From the NCBI GenBank assembly GCA_964573995.1, contig CAZNLH010000002.1:25060-89059 (forward strand): a stretch of 64,000 nt of DNA, given 5' to 3'. Shown here in pieces: positions 38,686 to 48,702 of this stretch; the first letter of the stretch is position 1; each line of letters starts with the position of its first letter. Made by a program: the position numbers and the translations under genes. The notes beneath the pieces are model-generated. The model made no database searches, was not told where the DNA came from, and saw only the letters and a list, made by a program, of their open reading frames with translations. Source of the stretch: an uncultured Gemmatimonadota bacterium. GTDB lineage: Bacteria; Gemmatimonadota; CAZMKB01; CAZNLH01.

Positions 38686-39173
38686 TCCGCAAGATCGCAC
38701 CCATCCTCCTGGTGTGTTTTCTCCTGTTCCTGCAGGTATTCTTTCATTCTTTGTATGGATGGGTGGATGAACTCCCCGACCTGGTACCGATTGCGTTGGC
38801 TATAGCCGCCCTGAGATGGGGAATGGGTTGGACAGGATTTATCGGGTTTCTCGCGGGGGTAATGGAAGATTCCTTTTCCACATCTTACCTTGGCCTTGGT
38901 TCACTTTCATGGATCATAGCCGGAATGGTCGGGGGTTCAGTTAGGGGATCATTGTACGGTAATCAGTTGAGCGTCGCGGTTATCCTGGTAGCCATCATCA
39001 AGATGATCCACGATATCATTTACAATGTTGTTTATTTATGGGATTCCCCCAGCGATATCCCGTCTCGTCTCTTTATTCATGTGCCTTTTGCCGCACTATA
39101 TTCAGTTGCCCTTTCCATCGTATTGTTCTTCTTCATTGGGCGTTTTGTACTGGATACCCGTAAGAGTTCTTGA
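38682..39173 (+). CDS. mreD: rod shape-determining protein MreD
   Basis: Small polytopic membrane protein. Its start overlaps the mreC stop, in the conserved mreBCD order. Confidence 0.65.
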   Translation: MIRKIAPILLVCFLLFLQVFFHSLYGWVDELPDLVPIALAIAALRWGMGWTGFIGFLAGVMEDSFSTSYLGLGSLSWIIAGMVGGSVRGSLYGNQLSVAVILVAIIKMIHDIIYNVVYLWDSPSDIPSRLFIHVPFAALYSVALSIVLFFFIGRFVLDTRKSS

Positions 39174-41008
39174 TTATGCTACGATCGTGGCGAGGCTTGA
39201 AGCGGTCCGACTGGGGAAGGATAAGAGATGTAAGGGACGTGAGGTCACGCCTTGCAAAGGTGCTTATCGTGGCGATCGTCTCGTTCCTTGCGCTTATCGC
39301 ACTTCACCTTCAGGTGTTTCAGACGTCAAAGTACAGGCTCCATTCTGACAGGAATCGACTTCGCAAGATTGAGATTCCTCCGCCCAGGGGGCTTATCACG
39401 GATCGACAGGGGGAGATACTTGCCGAAAACATCCCGAGTTCCGCTCTCTACCTTGTCCCTTATTACGTCGAGTCGGCGGATCAGACCTTGGCCAGGCTTG
39501 ATGATCTCCTGGCCTTGAATGATCGTCAAATGAAAGAAATCAAGTATCGTATTGATCAAGGGGGATTCACCCCGGTATTAGTGGCCGACAATGTGGGTAT
39601 CGCCGACAGGTCCTTCCTGGAAGAGCACCGGGACTTGATTCCCGGCTTGTTGATCCGTTCAGAGCCTCTGCGGTATTACAGGCATGGACGAGAACTTTCT
39701 CATGTAATCGGTTATGTGGGGGAGTCCTCTTCTTTGGGGGAAGAAGAGGAGTCGGGGCGTAAGGCCAGCAATACAGGTTTCGTTGGCAAGGCAGGCATAG
39801 AACTCTATTACGACAAGTTGCTGCGTGGCAGGCCGGGTGCGTACTTTGTCGAGGTTGACGCCAGAGGGAGAGAGGTCAGGGCGTTTCAGGGAAGGGAACC
39901 TGTCAGGCCGCAGAGAGGAGCCGATATCCGCCTTACGATTGACCTGGACCTTCAACTCGAGGCATATCGCCTCTTCCCGGAGGGCAGGAAAGGGGCCCTG
40001 CTCTGCATGGATCCCCGGAACGGCGAGATACTGGCCATGGTCAGTCGTCCGGATTATGATCCGAACGCCATGGTGACCGGGGTCAGTTTCATGGAATGGA
40101 AGGTGATGGTCAATGATCCCGGTTCCCCATTTTTCAACAGGGTTACCCAGGCGGGTTATCCCCCTGGATCGGCTTTCAAGCCTGTCGTGGCGCTCATGGG
40201 GCTGCAAAAGGGAATTATTGATCTCCACTTCAAGGAACCCATCCCCTGCCGCGGCGGCATTCAATTCGGCACGAGATGGTTTAGGTGCTGGAAGGAGGGT
40301 GGACACGGGCGGCTCGATCTCTATCAGGCCATCGTTCAGTCGTGCGACTCGTATTTTTATCAACTCGGGAACCGGATTGGACTGGAGGAACTCCTTGCGA
40401 ACTCGAGGCGATACGGTTTCAACGAACTGACCGGGGTTGATCTTCCGGACGAGTCTAAGGGTTTTATTCCTGACAGAGAGTGGTATGACAGGCAGTATGG
40501 AAAGAGGGGGTGGGGAAGGGGCGTGGCCCTGAACCTTTCCATCGGCCAGGGAGAACTCCTCGTAACTCCCTTACAGTTGGCCGTATTCTACTCCATGATC
40601 GCGAACGGGGGCAGTTTCGTACGCCCTCACCTGTTGAAGAGTGGAGGTGAAGTTGCGGGTCCGTCTGCGTTGAGGCTACCATTCAGCGTGGTGCAACCTC
40701 TTCAGGTGGCACTGGCCGGAGTCGTCTCGGAAGAGAAGGGTACGGGGCGGTATGCGGGCGAGATAGCGGGTGTGAAAATGGCGGGGAAGACCGGGACTGC
40801 CCAGAACCCTCATGGGGAAGACCACTCTATTTTCGTCGGATATGGGCCGGTCGATAATCCCCGGATCCTGATGGTAGCAGTTATTGAAGAGGCAGGCCAT
40901 GGAAGTTCGGTGGCAGCGCCCCTTGTTGGTCGACTCTTGAAGAAATACCTCGGAGGATCTCGCCCTGATCAGGGGCCCGGTCGAGTGGTAGCGGCAGAGG
41001 AGGGCTGA
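39170..41008 (+). CDS. mrdA: penicillin-binding protein 2 (peptidoglycan D,D-transpeptidase MrdA)
   Basis: N-terminal transmembrane anchor, dimerisation domain, and transpeptidase motifs SAFK, SCD and KTGT. Confidence 0.85.
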   Translation: MIMLRSWRGLKRSDWGRIRDVRDVRSRLAKVLIVAIVSFLALIALHLQVFQTSKYRLHSDRNRLRKIEIPPPRGLITDRQGEILAENIPSSALYLVPYYVESADQTLARLDDLLALNDRQMKEIKYRIDQGGFTPVLVADNVGIADRSFLEEHRDLIPGLLIRSEPLRYYRHGRELSHVIGYVGESSSLGEEEESGRKASNTGFVGKAGIELYYDKLLRGRPGAYFVEVDARGREVRAFQGREPVRPQRGADIRLTIDLDLQLEAYRLFPEGRKGALLCMDPRNGEILAMVSRPDYDPNAMVTGVSFMEWKVMVNDPGSPFFNRVTQAGYPPGSAFKPVVALMGLQKGIIDLHFKEPIPCRGGIQFGTRWFRCWKEGGHGRLDLYQAIVQSCDSYFYQLGNRIGLEELLANSRRYGFNELTGVDLPDESKGFIPDREWYDRQYGKRGWGRGVALNLSIGQGELLVTPLQLAVFYSMIANGGSFVRPHLLKSGGEVAGPSALRLPFSVVQPLQVALAGVVSEEKGTGRYAGEIAGVKMAGKTGTAQNPHGEDHSIFVGYGPVDNPRILMVAVIEEAGHGSSVAAPLVGRLLKKYLGGSRPDQGPGRVVAAEEG

Positions 41009-42243
41009 TGTTCGGACGAGTGTTGAGGGATAGCGATCCCTATCTCTTACTGTCTGTTATGGTCCTTACTGCCTCGGGCCTCCTGCTCATCTTTTCGGCG
41101 GGTGAGGGGAGTCAATCCACCGCAACGGCCGATCTCTATGCAAGGCAGGCGATCTGGTGGACAGTCGCCGCGGCCACAGGTGCCGTTGCCTTTTCAATAC
41201 CATTAAAATGGTGGGAGGTAATGGCATACCCGCTTTACTTCATCGGCCTCTGTCTTCTAACCATATTGGCATTGAATCGAGATGGAGGCAGCACAGCGGC
41301 GAGGTGGATCAGGGTAGGGTCCATTCAGGTGCAGCCGGCGGAATTCGCCAAGGTCTTTACCATCATGGCCATGGCCCGATATCTCGGCAACCGGAAGGGG
41401 CCAGTGGAATCATTCAGGGGATTGGTAATTCCTTCGCTCATTGCACTTATCCCCGCGGCCCTCACGGCACTTCAACCGGATCTGGGGACCGCCATGGTAT
41501 TCATAGCCATACTACTCGGTGCACTGTTCTGGTCTGGAATACCGGCAACCCATCTCTTTTTCCTGATTGTCCCGGTCTTGAGCCTCCTTACGGCCTTTAA
41601 TTCCATGATATGGGGGATCTTCACCGCATCCCTTGTGTTTTTCCTCGCTTGGCGCAGGACCTATCTCTTTGATTCCATCCTAATCATGAGTGTCAATATC
41701 GCAACGGGCCTGATGACCGTTCCCCTGTGGGAGCGCCTGAAGCCCTATCAGAGAGAACGGATAGTAGGTTTCTTGAGGCCGCAGACTGATCCACTGGGAT
41801 CGGGATGGCAGATAATCCAATCCAAGGTGGCCATAGGTTCCGGTGGGCTGATGGGAAAGGGTTTCTTGAAAGGGACCCAGAAAAAACTGGCCTTTCTGCC
41901 CGCACAGCACACGGATTTTATCTTCTCCATCCTCGGAGAAGAATTCGGTTACATAGGAGTGCTCTTCCTCCTCGGCCTCTTCCTCTGGATCCTATTACGC
42001 ATCGTTGAACTGGCACGAAGCGTATATTCCAATTCCTTTTCAACCCTGCTGGCGTTCGGTGTCTTCGTTATCTGGTTCTTCCACTTTTTTATCAATGTTG
42101 GAATGGCACTCGGAGTGATGCCGGTCACCGGTCTTCCGTTGCCTTTCGTAAGTTATGGCGGCTCTTTCCTGGTCGCATGTTACTTCTCGCTCGGCATTCT
42201 GTTGAGAATTTCCTCTGAGCGTTTCAATTACTGGGCGAGGTAA
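41008..42243 (+). CDS. rodA: peptidoglycan glycosyltransferase RodA (SEDS family)
   Basis: FtsW/RodA/SpoVE family polytopic membrane protein. Its start overlaps the mrdA stop. Confidence 0.85.
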   Translation: MFGRVLRDSDPYLLLSVMVLTASGLLLIFSAGEGSQSTATADLYARQAIWWTVAAATGAVAFSIPLKWWEVMAYPLYFIGLCLLTILALNRDGGSTAARWIRVGSIQVQPAEFAKVFTIMAMARYLGNRKGPVESFRGLVIPSLIALIPAALTALQPDLGTAMVFIAILLGALFWSGIPATHLFFLIVPVLSLLTAFNSMIWGIFTASLVFFLAWRRTYLFDSILIMSVNIATGLMTVPLWERLKPYQRERIVGFLRPQTDPLGSGWQIIQSKVAIGSGGLMGKGFLKGTQKKLAFLPAQHTDFIFSILGEEFGYIGVLFLLGLFLWILLRIVELARSVYSNSFSTLLAFGVFVIWFFHFFINVGMALGVMPVTGLPLPFVSYGGSFLVACYFSLGILLRISSERFNYWAR

Positions 42244-42374
42244 GGTAATAATTTTTTCTTGACAAAGGATTCAACATCCCGTACCCTATATAGTGCACGA
42301 CACCATATATTGAGTGTCGACCGTGAACGGAAGATCCGGGTGGTATTATGGGGTGTTTATCACAATCAAGATAC

Positions 42375-42403
42375 TTGACTTGATGAATAAAATGGTGTAT
42401 AAT
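42375..42403 (+). promoter_or_regulatory. near-consensus sigma70-type promoter: TTGACT, 17-nt spacer, TATAAT
   Basis: TTGACT at 42375-42380, a 17-nt spacer, and TATAAT at 42398-42403. It lies about 95 nt upstream of the regulator gene, in an AT-rich intergenic region. Confidence 0.4.
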
Positions 42404-42496
42404 GATATAAATTACGCCGTATTGTTTCATATCTGCCCCAGAAAGAACAAATGTTCCGCAATATTGACCGGTTTTTGAACTAGCGGGGAATGTCAG

Positions 42497-43831
42497 ATGA
42501 AAAAGAAGATCCTGGTGGTGGATGACGAGCCAAGGATTGTCAATTCCTTGGAAGTAATTTTAAGCGAGAAGGGTTACGAGGTGTCAAAGGCCTCCAGTGG
42601 AATGGAGGCCATCGAGATTGTCCGCCAGGACGGTTTCAACATCGTGATAGCGGATTTGATCCTGCCGGGGATGACCGGCCTGGAATTGCTGAAGACCGTC
42701 AAGAGCGAGAGCCCTGACCTCCCGGTCTTTATCGTAACCACTTTCGCCACGATCAATGCGGCTGTAATCGCTATGCGGGAAGGTGCGGAGGATTTCATCA
42801 CTAAGCCGATCTTGGAGAGCGAGATTCGCGTCAAGATCGAACGCGCCATCGAGAGATATAGTATCTTGCAGGAAAATGCCCGTCTGAAGAAAGAGATCAA
42901 TGCGAGGTACTCGTTCGAATCGCATGGATATATAAGCCGGGCCATGCACGAGGTATATCATCAGGTTGAGGAATTCGCCAATAACGACCGTCCGGTTTGG
43001 ATTCATGGAGAGGCGGGAACGGGATACGATGAGATAGCAAAGAGTATCCATTACAACAGCCAGCGCAAAGAGTATCCCTTCATAGCCGTGGATTGCAGCA
43101 TCATCCCGAGGAACATTCAGCAAAACAAACTGTTTGGTGGAAAAACGGGCATGAGGGGGCCAAGGGCTTCGATCATACCGGGAGAGATCGATCTGGCAAG
43201 GGGCGGCACGCTGTTTATAGAGAACGTAGAGGACCTCTCCAGTGAGGCTCAGGCCACTCTCTTTCACTATATCGAACAGGGGATACTCAGGCGTGCAGGG
43301 GTTGAAGATGAGATCGATGTCAGGATAATCTGTACCTCGATAAGGGATCTCTCATCGCTCGTCTCTCAGGAAAAGTTTCGTGAAGACCTTTATTACCAGT
43401 TGTCCGTTCTTCCTATATACATTCCACCATTGCGTAATCGGAAAGAGGATATCCTGCCGCTCGTCAACAAGTTCATCGTGCGATGGAACGAGGAACACAA
43501 TAGAAATGTGAAGAGTGTCAGCCAGGACGCCCTTGACCTGTTGATGGCTTACCACTGGCCCGGAAACAACAGAGAACTGGAGAACGTAGTGGAGAGGGCC
43601 GTCTTGCTGGCCAGGGAAGACCTGATCGAGCCCGAAAACCTCCTGATCAACATCGTCAGCCTAAGGGAGGACGACCCTGGCCTGAAGGAACTATCGCTCG
43701 AACTGGTGGAGAAGGAGCATATCGAGAGGGTCCTCGAGTATACCAACTATAATAAGACGAAGGCCTCCAAGATCTTGGGAATAAACAGAAAGACCTTGCT
43801 GGAAAAGCGGAAAAAGTATAATATAAGTTAG
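42497..43831 (+). CDS. response regulator with an intact receiver and Fis-type HTH but a degenerate sigma-54-interaction (AAA+) domain
   Basis: The receiver has the conserved Asp (IVIADLILPGMTG), Thr and Lys. The central domain is homologous to NtrC-type activators (FREDLYYQL, WPGNNRELEN). However its Walker A is GEAGTGYD (no Lys), its GAFTGA loop is replaced by TGMRGP, and its Walker B is IENV instead of DE. The C-terminal HTH_8 is intact. Confidence 0.75.
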   Translation: MKKKILVVDDEPRIVNSLEVILSEKGYEVSKASSGMEAIEIVRQDGFNIVIADLILPGMTGLELLKTVKSESPDLPVFIVTTFATINAAVIAMREGAEDFITKPILESEIRVKIERAIERYSILQENARLKKEINARYSFESHGYISRAMHEVYHQVEEFANNDRPVWIHGEAGTGYDEIAKSIHYNSQRKEYPFIAVDCSIIPRNIQQNKLFGGKTGMRGPRASIIPGEIDLARGGTLFIENVEDLSSEAQATLFHYIEQGILRRAGVEDEIDVRIICTSIRDLSSLVSQEKFREDLYYQLSVLPIYIPPLRNRKEDILPLVNKFIVRWNEEHNRNVKSVSQDALDLLMAYHWPGNNRELENVVERAVLLAREDLIEPENLLINIVSLREDDPGLKELSLELVEKEHIERVLEYTNYNKTKASKILGINRKTLLEKRKKYNIS

Positions 43832-43919
43832 GTTTCTCCTTGCTCCCTTCTGTTCGGGTCTTGGCCTTATCCCAAGGGGTCTTGCTTTTCCCTCCCTCTC
43901 CTATTTCACGCGTCGAACA

Positions 43920-44123
43920 ATGCTGTTTCGGCTCCTTTTAATCATCGTGCTGTTTTACGTGGTCCGCTCCCTGTTCTTGCGCCTTGTCTCGAATGGGGGT
44001 GAGGGCAGTACTACTGGAGAAGGAGCGAAGGACCAGGACCTGGATCTCAGCATGTTCGATATAGAGGACGTTGAGTATCATGACCTGGAGGAGGATTCAT
44101 CCACTCCGGGACCTGGTGAGTAG
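43920..44123 (+). CDS. small hypothetical membrane-anchored acidic protein
   Basis: 67 aa with one N-terminal transmembrane helix and an acidic tail. No family recognised; it may not be a real gene. Confidence 0.25.
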   Translation: MLFRLLLIIVLFYVVRSLFLRLVSNGGEGSTTGEGAKDQDLDLSMFDIEDVEYHDLEEDSSTPGPGE

Positions 44124-44152
44124 TTGTACCAAACGGAGCCATGGAGGGAGAA

Positions 44153-44578
44153 ATGGCCAATCGTGGAGTTAACAAGGTCATCCTGGTCGGGAACCTGGGT
44201 AACGACCCAGAATTGAGGCATACACCCAACGGAAGACCAGTAGCCAGTTTCAGCATCGCTACGACGGATCTATGGACGAACAAGGAGGGGCAGCAGGAGA
44301 CACGGACCGAATGGCACCGCATCGTAGCCTGGGGACGGCTGGCGGAGATCTGCAAGGAGTACCTGAGCAAGGGGAAACAGGTATATATCGAGGGAAGGTT
44401 GCAGACGAGGAGTTGGGAGGATCAGAACGGTCAAACGCGCCGGGTCACCGAGATAGTTGCTGGCCGTATGCTGATGTTGGGATCACGGGGAGTGGAAGCC
44501 GTTTCAAATGGCGAGACCGATATCCAGGAAAAGGTGACTAACGCCACGGGAGAGGCGGGGGAAGATCTGCCATTCTGA
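44153..44578 (+). CDS. ssb: single-stranded DNA-binding protein
   Basis: OB-fold ([18 protein letters not shown] ... [10 protein letters not shown]) and an acidic C-terminal tail ending in DLPF. Confidence 0.85.
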   Translation: MANRGVNKVILVGNLGNDPELRHTPNGRPVASFSIATTDLWTNKEGQQETRTEWHRIVAWGRLAEICKEYLSKGKQVYIEGRLQTRSWEDQNGQTRRVTEIVAGRMLMLGSRGVEAVSNGETDIQEKVTNATGEAGEDLPF

Positions 44579-44607
44579 TGCACTTGAGATCATGTGATAG
44601 AGATGAA

Positions 44608-44655
44608 CGGCAGGCGTATTATCAATGGCACCTGCCGCAGGGTCTTTTCATGTTT
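44608..44655 (+). terminator. candidate terminator after ssb
   Basis: CGGCAGG / CCTGCCG stem with a 16-nt loop, followed by a T-rich run (TCTTTTCATGTTT). Confidence 0.35.
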
Positions 44656-44675
44656 ATAATTGAGAAAGGGGCGCG

Positions 44676-46157
44676 ATGGAGAGAGAGCACTGGGGCTCTA
44701 AGGTCGGGTTTATCCTTGCAGCCGCCGGTTCGGCGATCGGACTGGGGAATATATGGAAGTTTCCCTATATTACGGGAGAGAATGGAGGAGGGGCCTTTGT
44801 ATTAGTCTATCTCGTCTGCGTCGTCATGATTGGGATCCCGATCATGCTGGCGGAGTTTATCATAGGGAGGAAGAGCCAGAAGGACCCGGTCGGGGCCTAT
44901 AAGGCGATCAGACCGGATTCCCTTTGGTTCTTGGTTGGTGGGATGGGCGTGCTTGCCGGATTTCTGATCCTCTCCTATTACAGTGTCGTGGGCGGCTGGA
45001 CGATCGGTTACTTCGTTGAATCCGTTAGAGGCGTCTTTTATGATCTCAGTGGTCCGGGGCAGATCGGGGATCATTTCGCGACCTTCGCGGCGGATCCGCT
45101 GAAGGCGATCGGTTATCATGCCCTATTCATCGGCCTCTGCATGCTGATCGTCATCAAGGGGGTCAAGGTTGGGATCGAGAGGTGGAGTCGGATTCTTATG
45201 CCTCTCCTCTTCATTATCCTCCTCCTGTTGATTGTGCGGGGTGTGACCTTGCCAGGCTCGGAGGCCGGCCTGGAGTTTTTTTTAAAACCAGACTTCAGCA
45301 AACTTGGACCGGAATCGGTCCTGATCGCCCTGGGTCACGCATTTTTCACGCTGAGCCTCGGCATGGGCGCGATGATCACCTACGGCAGTTATCTCTCCAG
45401 CGATGACAATCTACCGCGATCTGCGTTTATTGTCTCTCTCCTCGATACCGTCATCGCCCTGATGGCTGGCATCGCCATTTTCACCGCGGTCTTCGCCATG
45501 GGCCAGCAGCCGGATAAAGGGCCGGGTCTCGTTTTCGTCCTCCTGCCGGCCGTTTTCGTCGAGATGCCCGGGGGGGCTTTCTTCGGGCCCCTGTTCTTTT
45601 TTCTCCTCGGTATCGCCGCACTCACCTCCGGGATTTCCCTCCTCGAAGTTGTCACCGCCTATTTCGTGGATGAAAAGGGATATTCACGCCACAGGGCGGT
45701 CCTGTGCTTCGGCACGGTGATCTTCCTGCTCGGGGTGCCTTCCGCACTGTCGATGGGTCCGCTGAAGGACCTCACCATAATACGATGGGACTTTTTCGAT
45801 TTCGTAGATCACCTGTCATCCAACTACCTGCTGCCGCTCGGTGGTCTCCTCATATCCGTCTTCATCGGTTGTGCATGGGGAACCAGGGAGGCGGTGGCTG
45901 AGGCCCGGAGGGGGAATCCCGGTTTTCCATGGGCGAAGATGTGGAAGATATTGATCAAGTATGTCTGCCCATTTATAGTAGGGCAGATTCTACTATTCGA
46001 AGGAGTGCTGGCGGAATTCGAGGGAGAAGAGATCGAGAGGACCGTCCAGACCATCAAGTCTTGGACGGGCAAGTTCGATATAGTGATCCTCTTTTTCCTC
46101 GTATTCCTTGCCGTTTACTTCCGCTACTTCTCGCGAACAGAGGAAGAGACGGCTTGA
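44676..46157 (+). CDS. sodium-dependent transporter, neurotransmitter:sodium symporter (SNF) family
   Basis: N-terminal signature AAAGSAIGLGNIWKFPY with 11-12 predicted transmembrane segments. Confidence 0.85.
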   Translation: MEREHWGSKVGFILAAAGSAIGLGNIWKFPYITGENGGGAFVLVYLVCVVMIGIPIMLAEFIIGRKSQKDPVGAYKAIRPDSLWFLVGGMGVLAGFLILSYYSVVGGWTIGYFVESVRGVFYDLSGPGQIGDHFATFAADPLKAIGYHALFIGLCMLIVIKGVKVGIERWSRILMPLLFIILLLLIVRGVTLPGSEAGLEFFLKPDFSKLGPESVLIALGHAFFTLSLGMGAMITYGSYLSSDDNLPRSAFIVSLLDTVIALMAGIAIFTAVFAMGQQPDKGPGLVFVLLPAVFVEMPGGAFFGPLFFFLLGIAALTSGISLLEVVTAYFVDEKGYSRHRAVLCFGTVIFLLGVPSALSMGPLKDLTIIRWDFFDFVDHLSSNYLLPLGGLLISVFIGCAWGTREAVAEARRGNPGFPWAKMWKILIKYVCPFIVGQILLFEGVLAEFEGEEIERTVQTIKSWTGKFDIVILFFLVFLAVYFRYFSRTEEETA

Positions 46158-46183
46158 GCCAACTCAAGAGTATGGGAGGATAG

Positions 46184-46417
46184 ATGATATCTTTACGAGT
46201 CGATGTCGCTTCCCTGACGGAGCACCCCGATAAGGTTTCGGTCCTCTTGGCCAAGGCGTTCTTCAAGGAACTCAGGAGATATAATTTTTCGGATCGTCAG
46301 GTGATCCGTGTGGCAAGTGAGTTGATCGAATGTCTGAACAAGAGCCTGGAGGGCTACAAGGATAAGGTGAGCAGGGAGGGTGGGGGAGATGACGACAGGG
46401 TCGATGCGACCGAGTAG
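46184..46417 (+). CDS. small hypothetical protein
   Basis: A 77-aa ORF in the gap between the transporter and the radical SAM gene. It has no recognisable motifs and is weakly supported. Confidence 0.3.
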   Translation: MISLRVDVASLTEHPDKVSVLLAKAFFKELRRYNFSDRQVIRVASELIECLNKSLEGYKDKVSREGGGDDDRVDATE

Positions 46418-46523
46418 GCTCCTATCATTGCTGGTAGCCGGCAGGGCAGCCCCGTAACCTTATATGATGTAGACTGTTAGCGCCTCACACCGTCCTTTTA
46501 ACCGGATGATCTCGTTGTATTGA

Positions 46524-48290
46524 ATGAAATCGCCGGACCTGAATCATCGACCCCGGACAACGGCTCGATCGAGGTCGGCTCTGCAATGCCATGCGAATGC
46601 CGGCCGCGCGACAGGCGGGGACGTACGTGCATGTAATGCGGAGAGGGACAGGATCCTGGCCTCCGAGATTGGTACGGTCAGGAAGAGGGGGTCGTTTCCC
46701 GTTGAAGTTGCCCTTGTCTACCCCAATAGTTACGAAATCGGGTCCAGCAATCTTGGATTTCAGTGCGTCTATTACACCTTCAATTCCTTCGACGAAGTCC
46801 GTTGCGAGCGGGCATTCTGGGATTCGAGACTTATCGTGCCCGGGATCGGCGGACCGGTCAGTATAGAGACGGGCCGTAGGCTGCCTTCCTTTTCCATGTT
46901 GGCCTTCTCGATCTCCTTTGAAGATGATTACCTGAATGTTGTGCGGACCCTGTCCTCGAGCGGGATACATCCCCTCTCAAGTGAGAGGAGGGAGGATGAG
47001 CCCCTTGTTGTTGCGGGGGGGCCTTGTACCTTTATGAACCCGGAACCTGTAGCCCCGTTCATAGACCTCTTTGCGCTCGGCGATGGTGAAGTGCTTGTAC
47101 CCTTGTTGGTGAAGAAATGGATCGAAGTCTATGGCGGGGCGTTTGCCGGGAAATCGGACTATCTCGAGGCCTTGTCCTGCGAGGAAGGTATTTATATACC
47201 GCGGTTCATGGACGTGGCGTACAGGGTGAGTGGAGAGGTAAGGTCCTTTTCTTACCGAGGCAGGGGCGGCCATCGTATCAGGCCGCTGAGGTCGTATGGG
47301 CATGGTGGGGATATGCCCAGGCTGCTTAGTCCCTATGCCCACTTCTCTTCAATGCCCCTGATCGAAGTCGGGTCCGGCTGCAGTAGGGGATGCCGATTCT
47401 GCGCGGCAAGTTTTATCTATCGCCCCGTCAGAAGGCGCGGGCTTGAAGAGATGAAGCGGGACATAGACCGTCTTATATCCGGGGATTGCAGGCGAATCGG
47501 ACTCGTCGGGGCTTCCATCTCGGACCATCCCCAACTGGTTCACATCCTGGAACATATAGTGTCCAGAGGTGCTGCCGCCGCCCTTTCTTCGATGCGCCTT
47601 GACGGCATTGATGTGGAGGTGGTGCGTCTCTTGAGGCAATTAGGTGTAAGATCTCTTACGTGTGCGCCTGAAGCTGGGTCCCAGAGGATGCGTGACGTGA
47701 TAAAGAAGTCGTTGACGGAAGAAGATATCCTCTCCGCTGTTGAGAGGATAATCGAGGGGGGGATCCGCGGTCTGAAACTCTATTTTATGATCGGGCTTCC
47801 CTTTGAAAGGGATACGGATGTAGAAGCGATAGTTGGTCTACTGAAAAAGGTAAAGGGGATTGCAGGCAGGCATTCTCCTGGGCCGCGTGTCGCCCTGAAG
47901 ATAAACCCGTTCGTACCGAAGCCGTTTACTCCCTTTCAATGGTACCCGATGGAACGTCGCGGGGTACTTGAGAATAAGATAAAATACCTCAGGCGGGAGA
48001 TCCGTAGCATCCGTGGAATCCCGTTGAAGACGGGCTCGGTTCGTGAGTCAACCATACAGGCTGTCCTTTCGAGGGGAGATCGCAGGCTGGCATGCGTTAT
48101 CCTCGATGTTGTAAGCAGTGGCTCTTCTTTCATGCTCGCAATGAGACATTCCGGTTTAGATGGCGGTTCTTACCTCTACAGGGAAAGATCGGCGGGAGAA
48201 GTCTTTCCATGGGACTTCATTGATCACGATGTGAAGAGGGAGTGGTTGTACAAAGATTATCAGAGGGCTGAAAGAGTTGCCTCAAGATGA
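46524..48290 (+). CDS. radical SAM protein with a B12-binding-like N-terminal domain (TIGR03960-like)
   Basis: CxxxCxxC cluster motif GCSRGCRFC. The N-terminal [22 protein letters not shown] resembles the B12-binding-like domain of this uncharacterised radical SAM family. The annotated N-terminal roughly 50 aa are Arg-rich and unlike the family, so the start is uncertain. Confidence 0.7.
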   Translation: MKSPDLNHRPRTTARSRSALQCHANAGRATGGDVRACNAERDRILASEIGTVRKRGSFPVEVALVYPNSYEIGSSNLGFQCVYYTFNSFDEVRCERAFWDSRLIVPGIGGPVSIETGRRLPSFSMLAFSISFEDDYLNVVRTLSSSGIHPLSSERREDEPLVVAGGPCTFMNPEPVAPFIDLFALGDGEVLVPLLVKKWIEVYGGAFAGKSDYLEALSCEEGIYIPRFMDVAYRVSGEVRSFSYRGRGGHRIRPLRSYGHGGDMPRLLSPYAHFSSMPLIEVGSGCSRGCRFCAASFIYRPVRRRGLEEMKRDIDRLISGDCRRIGLVGASISDHPQLVHILEHIVSRGAAAALSSMRLDGIDVEVVRLLRQLGVRSLTCAPEAGSQRMRDVIKKSLTEEDILSAVERIIEGGIRGLKLYFMIGLPFERDTDVEAIVGLLKKVKGIAGRHSPGPRVALKINPFVPKPFTPFQWYPMERRGVLENKIKYLRREIRSIRGIPLKTGSVRESTIQAVLSRGDRRLACVILDVVSSGSSFMLAMRHSGLDGGSYLYRERSAGEVFPWDFIDHDVKREWLYKDYQRAERVASR

Positions 48291-48473
48291 GCGCATGATG
48301 GCGCCCGATCGGATGCATCGCGTACAGACGCGCGCCTTCCTCCTGGCGTTCCCCTGCCCTATATGGACGTTCTGAAGGTTGGGTAGCCAGCGCCGCCTCG
48401 TCTTGTTGTGGGCATGGCTGATATTGTTACCGGTCCCGGGGCCCTTTCCACAGATCTCGCACTTCTTTGACAT
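48282..48473 (-). CDS. rpmB: 50S ribosomal protein L28
   Basis: [34 protein letters not shown] is the canonical L28 N-terminus. Confidence 0.85.
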   Translation of the reverse strand: MSKKCEICGKGPGTGNNISHAHNKTRRRWLPNLQNVHIGQGNARRKARVCTRCIRSGAIMRSS

Positions 48474-48702
48474 CGATAAGCCTTGCCTTAATCCTTCGAG
48501 CCCGGGCTTGATAAAAGCACCGGGCCGGTTCTAATGTCCGTTCCCTGAATATCGACAATTGTGAGGGTTAAAATATAATCGGCTATCCCACTTTTATCAA
48601 GGGTTCTCGTTCCCTGATTGACACGGCACCCGGGTGGATATAGATTATTTGCTCGGCCTGCTTCGGGCAATTCGGCGCCGGGTACGGCATGGGAAGGTGA
48701 GA

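Noticed and set aside
48634-48702. An upstream in-frame extension of the nucleotide-sugar dehydrogenase ORF.
   Set aside because: The Rossmann fold begins about 10 aa after the Met at 48703, which has a good ribosome-binding site. The extension is Arg-rich and unlike the family.
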